From contig WQZD01000002.1 in assembly GCA_009780915.1 (NCBI GenBank), positions 185,499-249,498 of the forward strand: a stretch of DNA of 64,000 nucleotides. The letters run 5' to 3'. Below the pieces are notes generated by a model. It did not search any database. It was not told the DNA's origin and saw only the letters and a program-made list of their open reading frames with translations. Both the position numbers and the translations under genes were made by a program. The stretch comes from Propionibacteriaceae bacterium (GTDB lineage: Bacteria > Actinomycetota > Actinomycetes > Propionibacteriales > Propionibacteriaceae). How positions within the stretch are numbered: position 1 is the first letter of the stretch; each line of letters starts with the position of its first letter. Below are positions 10,256 through 16,513 of the stretch, in pieces.

Positions 10256-10534
10256 ATGAACCAAGCGAGCGCGTATCCCGTGTGCCAAAGTTGCGGGTTG
10301 CCGTTCGACGAGGAGCACCGCCACCTCGTCGCCCCTCTCCCTGATGGGTCCGACAGCACGTACTGCACCTACTGCTTCCGCGACGGGGCTTTCCTCGACC
10401 CGGACGCGACCGTGGAGGACATGATCGAGGTCGGAGTGCCCCATCTGGCCGCCAAGGTCGGGGAGGAGACCGCGCGGGTGGAACTCGGTCGGTACCTGCC
10501 CACCTTGGATCGGTGGCGGTCATCGGCTGGATGA
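10256..10534 (+). CDS. Small zinc-ribbon domain protein
   Basis: 92 aa with CQSC...YCTYC cysteine pairs, matching the putative zinc-ribbon family pattern. The ATG is 2 nt after the katA stop. Confidence 0.7.
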   Translation: MNQASAYPVCQSCGLPFDEEHRHLVAPLPDGSDSTYCTYCFRDGAFLDPDATVEDMIEVGVPHLAAKVGEETARVELGRYLPTLDRWRSSAG

Positions 10535-10628
10535 CAGGGCCTGTGCCGGGGGTCGGTTGACAAAAGTCTTCCTGTCGGGTTGGATCGGCCATGGATGAAA
10601 CCATGAATCGAGATGTTGGAGAACACGC

Positions 10629-11015
10629 ATGAAGAAAATCCTCGTCGTCTGCCTCGTCGCCGTCACAGCCCTGCTCGCGGGGTGCTCATCGTCCGGCACG
10701 GGAGGGTATCAGACGATCACAGCCCAGCAGGCCAAACAGATGATGGACCAAGGGGGGTCGTACGTCCTCCTCGACGTGCGCACGCAACAGGAGTACAGCC
10801 AGCAGCACATCGACGGCGCGATCCTGATCCCCGACACGCAGGTCTCGTCTCAGGCGGCGACCACGATCCCCGACAAGTCCACGGTGATCTTCGTGTATTG
10901 CCGTACCGGGGTCCGGGCCGCCAACGCGTCGAAGGCGCTCGCCAGCATGGGGTACACCCATGTGTACGACATGGGCGGCATCGTGAACTGGCCCTACGGG
11001 ACCGTGAGCGGCTGA
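10629..11015 (+). CDS. Rhodanese-domain lipoprotein (sulfurtransferase-like)
   Basis: Signal peptide with lipobox LLAGCS, and rhodanese active-site loop YCRTGVRA. Confidence 0.85.
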   Translation: MKKILVVCLVAVTALLAGCSSSGTGGYQTITAQQAKQMMDQGGSYVLLDVRTQQEYSQQHIDGAILIPDTQVSSQAATTIPDKSTVIFVYCRTGVRAANASKALASMGYTHVYDMGGIVNWPYGTVSG

Positions 11016-11105
11016 GCCGAGGACACAGGTGAGGGCTCCTTGACCCTGACAGGAGCCCTCGACTACACTGATCACGCTTGACACGCCGACCGCGTGTGAA
11101 AGCGC

Positions 11106-11179
11106 GCGAACGTAGCTCAATGGTAGAGCCCCAGCCTTCCAAGCTGGTCATGCGGGTTCGATTCCCGTCGTTCGCTCCA
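11106..11179 (+). tRNA. tRNA-Gly (anticodon TCC), CCA encoded
   Basis: Acceptor GCGAACG/CGTTCGC, anticodon arm CCAGC-CTTCCAA-GCTGG, T-arm GCGGG-TTCGATT-CCCGT, 3' TCCA. Confidence 0.9.
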
Positions 11180-11431
11180 TTCGCTCCGCTCATTGCACTC
11201 TCTGTGGGAATCGAACCCGGTACACAGCTTCGGCAAGGCGCTCACGCGCCGCCTCAGCGCCGGATCTGTTCGGAAGCCCACCGGGCTTCCTCTCTGACGA
11301 TCCGACCCGTCGTTCGCTCCATTCGCTTCGCTCATTGCACTCTCTGTGGGAATCGAACCCGGTACTTAGCTTCGGCAAGGCGCTCACGCGCCGCCTCAGC
11401 GCCGGATCTGTTCGGAAGCCCACCGGGCTTC
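11164..11431. repeat. Two tandem 126-bp direct repeats (period 142 bp), each starting with the last 16 nt of tRNA-Gly
   Basis: Copy A is 11164-11289 and copy B is 11306-11431. They are identical except for 3 positions. Each begins CCCGTCGTTCGCTCCA and contains GGGAATCGAACCCG, the reverse complement of the tRNA T-arm. Confidence 0.85.
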
Positions 11432-11514
11432 TAACCTCCGTCGGGAAGTCGAGGGTGTGGGTCGTGTGGGACGTTCACTTTCTTGGTGTTTCCCATCAGC
11501 TATGGTAACAGCGG

Positions 11515-11543
11515 TTGACGTATGGATGAGTAACAACTAGAAT
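11515..11543 (+). promoter_or_regulatory. Putative sigma-70-like promoter (TTGACG, 17-nt spacer, TAGAAT)
   Basis: Near-consensus hexamers with a 17-nt spacer, at the left edge of the islet, just upstream of an ATG-TAA start-stop and the first islet ORFs. Confidence 0.4.
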
Positions 11544-11653
11544 TACCATATGTAAGTCATTGATGAGGCACGCAAACACGGCTACACAGACCACGACATC
11601 CTCCACGCCGACCACGCACGACCAAAATACCTCCCACGACGAAAGGCACAACG

Positions 11654-11914
11654 ATGAGAACAAACGAAGAAATGCTGGAAGAAATCGAACACGCAAACAA
11701 TGGCGAGGGGCCGACGCCACTGGCCACCTACACTGAGATAGGGCTGAATGAGATCATGGACGCCATCGAAGAACGCGACCAGGCCGAGGATAAAATTCGG
11801 CACGCCGTCACACGGGCACGGTCCGAAGGCGCAACATGGGCCATGATCGGCCAAGCGCTGGGCATGACCCGACAGGGAGCCCTGAAACACTACAGAGAAC
11901 CCGCAGCAGCCTGA
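11654..11914 (+). CDS. Small HTH protein, antitoxin-like
   Basis: 86 aa. The acidic N-terminal half is followed by the C-terminal HTH-like segment ATWAMIGQALGMTRQGALKHY. The start forms an ATGA overlap with an upstream start-less reading frame. Confidence 0.5.
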   Translation: MRTNEEMLEEIEHANNGEGPTPLATYTEIGLNEIMDAIEERDQAEDKIRHAVTRARSEGATWAMIGQALGMTRQGALKHYREPAAA

Positions 11915-11977
11915 TTGGCGACACGTAAGTCCACTCCATGCGAACCGGATATAGGCACAACAACAGGAGAAAATAGT

Positions 11978-12190
11978 ATGACGAAATACCCCAGAATGAC
12001 ACCTGAAGAGGCGGATGCCACTCTCGTGACCATGACAGACGAGGATTTTCCCACTGTCGACCCAGAAGGCGATGTCGACGACGCCTTGGTGGATCGTCTC
12101 GTCGTTGCCGCCCATGAGCTGATGGCTCGACGCGGCCGCGACCACCCAAAACCGTCGACAATCCGACATCATCCGCACGCGACAAGATGA
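11978..12190 (+). CDS. Hypothetical acidic 70-aa protein (possible decayed antitoxin)
   Basis: An AGGAGA RBS precedes the ATG at 11978. The stop forms an ATGA overlap with a 64-aa ORF whose N-terminus (SVSNWLCREIEEKV) resembles the last helix of RHH antitoxins. Confidence 0.3.
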   Translation: MTKYPRMTPEEADATLVTMTDEDFPTVDPEGDVDDALVDRLVVAAHELMARRGRDHPKPSTIRHHPHATR

Positions 12191-12344
12191 GCGTCAGTAA
12201 TTGGCTGTGTCGGGAGATCGAGGAGAAAGTGGACGCCAAACCTGATGAAGATGAGTTCCGGAGACATGCAGGCCAGAAGATCGCCTCGATCACCACGCGA
12301 CTTGGACATGCTAATAGGTCCCATTCACGAGTATTATTAATACC

Positions 12345-12608
12345 ATGGCATACGTGGTGCGTTACACGAAAACGGCGGTAAAGGCATTGAGCAAGCTCCC
12401 CGAGCCGCTAGCGGCCTCAATCCGCACAGCCACCACCTCACTTGCGGAAAACCCGCGTCCCCACGGGGCGAAGAAACTGACCGCACGCGACAACTACCGC
12501 ATACGTGTGGGCGACTATCGCATCGTCTACACAATCAAAGACAACATTCTCCTAGTCGAGATCATCATGGTCGGGCACAGGAGTGACATATACCGGAGGT
12601 TAACATGA
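12345..12608 (+). CDS. relE: Type II toxin, RelE/ParE superfamily (RelE/StbE-like)
   Basis: 87 aa. The characteristic NPRPHGAKKL...YRIRVGDYRIVYTI...VGHRSDIY pattern is present. Confidence 0.85.
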   Translation: MAYVVRYTKTAVKALSKLPEPLAASIRTATTSLAENPRPHGAKKLTARDNYRIRVGDYRIVYTIKDNILLVEIIMVGHRSDIYRRLT

Positions 12609-12859
12609 GCGCACTGCTGCCCACCATCGTCCCCATCAGCGAAGCGAAACCGCGCCTGGCGTCTCTAGTCGACAAGTCATCCACCGAGGACGTCATCCTG
12701 ACCCGTCGTGGGCGAGCGGCCGCCGTGATCGTGTCCGTCCAACGCTACAGCGACCTCCTCGACCGTATCGAGGACGCCGAAGACGCCTTGGCGGCCATCG
12801 AGGCAGAAGGCGAAGAGACGATTCCAGCCGAGGAAGTCTACGCGAGCCTCGGACTGTGA
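12605..12859 (+). CDS. Type II antitoxin, Phd/YefM family
   Basis: 84 aa with the PISEAKPRLASLV...ILTRRGRAAAVIVSVQRY pattern and an acidic C-terminal tail. ATGA overlap with the upstream relE stop. Confidence 0.85.
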   Translation: MSALLPTIVPISEAKPRLASLVDKSSTEDVILTRRGRAAAVIVSVQRYSDLLDRIEDAEDALAAIEAEGEETIPAEEVYASLGL

Positions 12860-12876
12860 AGACCCGAGGCCGGTCG

Positions 12877-13260
12877 TCAGGCAGAGAGCTTCTCAGCGGC
12901 GAGTCGGGGCACGCGTCCTTTGGTGACGCCGAGGACGGTGGCGATGTCACCCAGGGGCAGGCATTGTGAGCGTAGTTGGGTGACGACACCACACATGGGT
13001 CAGCCCGCGTCGATCTATGCGGCCTGGGCGGCTTCTGACGCGGCCCTGGCGTGCTGGATGTCGTCGTGGACACCGCCCAGGGTACGGATGATCGTGAGTG
13101 TCCAGCCACTGTGGTCGGTGTCGGGGTCGACGCTGTCGAGGAAGTCACGTACCTGTTGTTCAGCTTTCGCGAGTGTGCGGACCTGGGTCGCTCCGAAGTC
13201 GCCGACGATGAGTTCCCACCCATGGGCCCATCGTGTCGCGGTGACGGTGATGTGTGTCAT
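12877..13260 (-). pseudogene. HicB-like antitoxin with C-terminal HTH, interrupted by two in-frame stop codons
   Basis: The N-terminal part MTHITVTATRWAHGWELIV...TQVRTLAKAEQQVRDFL ends at TAG (13017-13015). In the same frame a TGA follows four codons later, then ...LPLGDIATVLGVTKGRVPRLAAEK (HTH) runs to the TGA at 12879-12877. Confidence 0.55.
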
Positions 13261-13535
13261 CTTTGCTCCAAGTGCTCGTCGGATAGGTACTGCAAGAGGG
13301 CTGTGGCCAGCATGGCCCATTGTGACCCGGCAAGGCGTGCGGCCAGAGATCCGGACTCGATGCGATGGAGAAACGCTAGGCGTGTGACTCTGTGGCACGG
13401 AGCGGCCGCGGTGACACGGAGAAGTTCGGGCATGGGGTCCATCATAGCTGTGCGTCGGTTCCAGGCCTGGCTGGTGATGACATCCAAATCGACGAGGTGC
13501 GCAGGGGCGAGCAGGGCGGTCGCGTTGTCATCCAT
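13257..13535 (-). CDS. Hypothetical 92-aa protein, possible toxin partner of the HicB-like gene
   Basis: ATGA overlap with the downstream HicB-like start and reasonable GC3. It contains an Rx4H string (RLAFLH). I recognise no family. Confidence 0.4.
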   Translation of the reverse strand: MDDNATALLAPAHLVDLDVITSQAWNRRTAMMDPMPELLRVTAAAPCHRVTRLAFLHRIESGSLAARLAGSQWAMLATALLQYLSDEHLEQR

Positions 13536-13552
13536 CCTTCTTTCCTTTCTCG

Positions 13553-14401
13553 GTGTCGGGCCACTGGAAGCCGTTGGCCTTCAGGTGGGAGGGCACGTTA
13601 GCACCAGGGCGCGACGTGGTCACCCGGTCGGCGGCGAAGGCCGGGTCGAGGTGGAGGCGGGTCGCGGACGCGAACCCGTGCGCGTGGTGCGCGATGCTTG
13701 TCACCCGGGGGCCGGTGTATTCCCGTGGCACGGTGGTGTCCACCGGTGCTGGGCGCCGGTACCACAAGTGCTGCGGGTGCACGTGCGAGGAGTTCAGGGG
13801 AGACCCGAACGACTGGCAACCCACCGGCAAGGAGTGGGAGTACATCAAGCTGTACAACGACTCCACCGAGCCGGGGATGACCGACAAGGAAGCCGCCGCC
13901 GCGATGCGTCGCAACGGGTACGGGGTTGTTAACGACGCCAACCCACCGCAGACGCAAACCGGTGGCGCTGGTAGTGGGAAACCACCTGCGCGTGTTCGTG
14001 GCATGTTGGGTCCAGAGACCCCGGATGAGTTCTCCATGTTCAACGGGTGGCAACCGGATGTGCGCAGGAGCGAAATTGAGACTTTCGACATCAATGACGC
14101 TACCGCGCTTCTATTCGGTGATGAGTCCGGACATGGTTTTCATTCTGGAGACCTAGTGGGCGTTCCCGGGAAAAGCACATTCCCACCTGGGTTTACACCG
14201 CAGGATACCGTAGATTGGGTAAATGCTATTGTGGACGACCCAAAGGGAATCCGTCGCGTGCGAGAAGACGGATCTTTCGTCCTGTTCGGGTCATACAGAA
14301 CTATTGAAGGTGTTGTTTATGTTCGATATCTAGGCCGGTGGGCTGTGGCAACGGCTCACCCCAAAACTATGGAAGAATGGTTACGTGCGACATCAGACTG
14401 A
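13553..14401 (+). CDS. 5'-truncated phage MuF-like (head morphogenesis) C-terminus fused to an EndoU-like polymorphic-toxin domain
   Basis: The MuF C-terminal Cys motif is NPCAWCAMLVTRGPVY...YHKCCGCTCEEF. The toxin-domain pattern is LLFGDESGHGFH...PGKSTFPPGF...VNAIVDDP...VATAHP. GTG start with no RBS, and the frame is closed upstream at 13478. Confidence 0.6.
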   Translation: MSGHWKPLAFRWEGTLAPGRDVVTRSAAKAGSRWRRVADANPCAWCAMLVTRGPVYSRGTVVSTGAGRRYHKCCGCTCEEFRGDPNDWQPTGKEWEYIKLYNDSTEPGMTDKEAAAAMRRNGYGVVNDANPPQTQTGGAGSGKPPARVRGMLGPETPDEFSMFNGWQPDVRRSEIETFDINDATALLFGDESGHGFHSGDLVGVPGKSTFPPGFTPQDTVDWVNAIVDDPKGIRRVREDGSFVLFGSYRTIEGVVYVRYLGRWAVATAHPKTMEEWLRATSD

Positions 14402-14630
14402 AGCCCTCTACGCTAAATTCCGGCATCTCATGCCGACGGACTTAGTAGAGCTATGTGATGATGTGATGTCGCGCCAGGGAGGGTGGCTCATGGTGCTCGG
14501 CGATGTTGTCACCTTTGCCTCTGAAAGAAATCTACTCGTTGATGAGGACCGATCTGTTATCGGATCAATCCTTGACAGTGGCGTGATGCGAAGGTCGACT
14601 GATTATTTGAGAGGTCTCATCACGGTTTAA
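14385..14630 (+). CDS. Candidate cognate immunity protein (orphan small ORF)
   Basis: 66-81 aa, starting at GTG 14385 or ATG 14430. It overlaps or abuts the toxin stop, shares the same low-GC composition, and is followed by a hairpin terminator. Confidence 0.35.
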   Translation: MRHQTEALYAKFRHLMPTDLVELCDDVMSRQGGWLMVLGDVVTFASERNLLVDEDRSVIGSILDSGVMRRSTDYLRGLITV

Positions 14631-14646
14631 CCGACCGCCAGTAATT

Positions 14647-14677
14647 AACAACCCATGAGTGTATCTCGTGGGTTGTT
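14647..14677 (+). terminator. Hairpin terminator after the toxin/immunity pair
   Basis: AACAACCCA, a 13-nt loop, then TGGGTTGTT (9-bp stem), followed by a GT-rich tail. Confidence 0.45.
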
Positions 14678-15035
14678 GTGGTTTCGCCTGACCCACGGCG
14701 TTGTTGTGGGGTTCACCATGTCCGACGACGCGAGGGCAATCTCGAAAATGATATGACGAGGTGTCCGCCCCCGTGCTTCATGTGGGCTGTTATTTCAAGC
14801 CTGGCAGAGGAACACCTCGTCATAACCGAACAATAGCACGACCATTCCGCTACTCACCGGCGGACGCAACAACAGAGAAGGGGGATTGCCCGACCGTTCT
14901 GTCGTCCTGCGTGGAAGGCTGGACATGCCATCTGACAGCGTCTACGGGGAGGCACGCGAAAAACGGTCAGGGGCGCGGTACGATTGTTCGATGGTAGTCC
15001 AGCCCTGAGTTCAGGGCCGAGTAGTGAGGGTTAGT

Positions 15036-15593
15036 ATGACGGCGTCCCATCCGTGTGTTCTCGTGACGCACTCCAGTCGATTCGGGCAGAGCACGAAGAT
15101 CGCACAGGCGGTCAGTGACGGTTTGAGGGCCCATGGCATCGCCACGGATGTCGTGCCCCTCACGAAAGCCACGGCGCCCGATCCGGCGCGTCATGACGCC
15201 ATCGTGATGGTCATGTCGGTGAGGTACGGCCACTTCGCCAAGCAGGCGGAGAAGTTCGTCACCCGGTACCGGTCGTGGCTGGACGCGGTGCCGACCCTGC
15301 TGATGACGGTGTCGTTGACGGCTCGCACGCCCGAGAAGCGTGACCCGGCCAAGCATGTCTACACCAGGAAGTTCCTGGAGAAGATGGCCTGGGTCCCCAG
15401 CCATGTGGAAGTCGTCGCCGGCGCCCTCGAGTACCCCAGGTACAACTTCCTCGACCGCAGCGCGATTCGTCTGATCATGACCATGACCCACGGTCCGACC
15501 GATCCGCGCACCTGGGTCGAGTACACCGATTGGGAAAGGGTGGCTCAGGTGGCCGACGAGTTCGCGGGCGCCGTGGAGTCTCGTACCCACTGA
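15036..15593 (+). CDS. hemG: Menaquinone-dependent protoporphyrinogen IX dehydrogenase (HemG-type flavodoxin-like protein)
   Basis: 185 aa. Collinear with E. coli HemG as I recall it: SVRYGH, LTARTPEKRDP (the long-loop insert), GALEYPRYNFLDR, LIMTMTHGPTD, YTDWERV. Confidence 0.8.
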   Translation: MTASHPCVLVTHSSRFGQSTKIAQAVSDGLRAHGIATDVVPLTKATAPDPARHDAIVMVMSVRYGHFAKQAEKFVTRYRSWLDAVPTLLMTVSLTARTPEKRDPAKHVYTRKFLEKMAWVPSHVEVVAGALEYPRYNFLDRSAIRLIMTMTHGPTDPRTWVEYTDWERVAQVADEFAGAVESRTH

Positions 15594-15625
15594 GGCTGAC
15601 TCAGCGGTCCTGACGGTACGACCCA

Positions 15626-16510
15626 TCAGAAGGTGATCGTCACGACCGTCGGCGCTCCGACGGCGTCCGGGGTCGCGACCCAGCCCGACAACACCGAGGA
15701 GGAGGCCGTCCATCGCGATGGGCCCACTTGGACCGAGGTGACTCCCACCGACGTCGCCCAGCTCTGGGCGAAAGCGGCCGCCGACCATGCCACAGCTTCG
15801 CTCGACGCGACCACCGTCATCGTGGCAGCTGTCGAGGATGTCCCGGGGATGACCGTCGTGTCGATGCTCGACCCGTACGCCTGGTCCATGGCGTCCATAA
15901 GGTGGGAGGGATCGGCCGGGGCAGGGTCGCTCACCACGCAGGACCATGCGGCAGGCGTCTCGCCGGACAGGGCCGACGCCAGGATGCGAGCCTGGGCGAC
16001 GTGTTGGTCGTACGCGTCCGGGAACCCACTGCGTTGGACCTCTTGGGCCACGTCGCCGATGTCCGAGTCCTGCCAATCGTCGACGGTGACCATCACATCG
16101 AAGAATTTCCCCGTGGAATAGTACGGATCCATGACCTGGTCGGGCGTCCCCCAGCCCATGGACGGTCGTTGCTGGAACATCCCCAAGGAGTCCCTGTCGC
16201 CGTAGTCGAGATTGCGAATCCCCGACTCCTGGAAGGCCGTGGCCAAGGCGATGGACACAGCCCGAGGGACGAGGCCTCGTTGTGCGGCGATCCCGGCGAT
16301 GATGGACGCGTTGCGGGCTTGCTCGATGGTCAGGTCGACGGTGGTGGCGTTGACCAGAGCCTCGCAGCGCACGTCAGGCGTGGGAGCGGGGGTGGACCAC
16401 TGGGAGGAGATCCATCTCAGCATTCCCGCACCACCGACGAACAAGGCGACCAAGACGATCACAATGGTGACCATGACGATGGCGGGGCGTCGAGACGTCG
16501 CAGGGCTCAT
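15626..16510 (-). CDS. Conserved actinobacterial membrane-anchored protein of unknown function
   Basis: One N-terminal TM segment, and the conserved core ATAFQESGIRNLDYGDRDSLGMFQQRPSMGWG. It lies next to dapD. Confidence 0.75.
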   Translation of the reverse strand: MSPATSRRPAIVMVTIVIVLVALFVGGAGMLRWISSQWSTPAPTPDVRCEALVNATTVDLTIEQARNASIIAGIAAQRGLVPRAVSIALATAFQESGIRNLDYGDRDSLGMFQQRPSMGWGTPDQVMDPYYSTGKFFDVMVTVDDWQDSDIGDVAQEVQRSGFPDAYDQHVAQARILASALSGETPAAWSCVVSDPAPADPSHLMDAMDQAYGSSIDTTVIPGTSSTAATMTVVASSEAVAWSAAAFAQSWATSVGVTSVQVGPSRWTASSSVLSGWVATPDAVGAPTVVTITF

Positions 16511-16513
16511 GGG

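Noticed and set aside
11190-11431. A possible minus-strand tRNA or pseudo-tRNA inside the tandem repeats, based on the GGGAATCGAACCCG T-arm-like 14-mer and an anticodon-arm-like stretch.
   Set aside because: The T-stem would have only 3 pairs. There is no matching acceptor 5' strand or D-arm, and the two copies differ without compensation. At best it is a tRNA-derived fragment, not a gene.
14761-14997. A 78-aa ORF in the islet-hemG spacer.
   Set aside because: It has a GTG start with no RBS, a Cys/Arg/Thr-rich translation with no recognisable fold, and it spans the inverted repeat. It is more likely non-coding.
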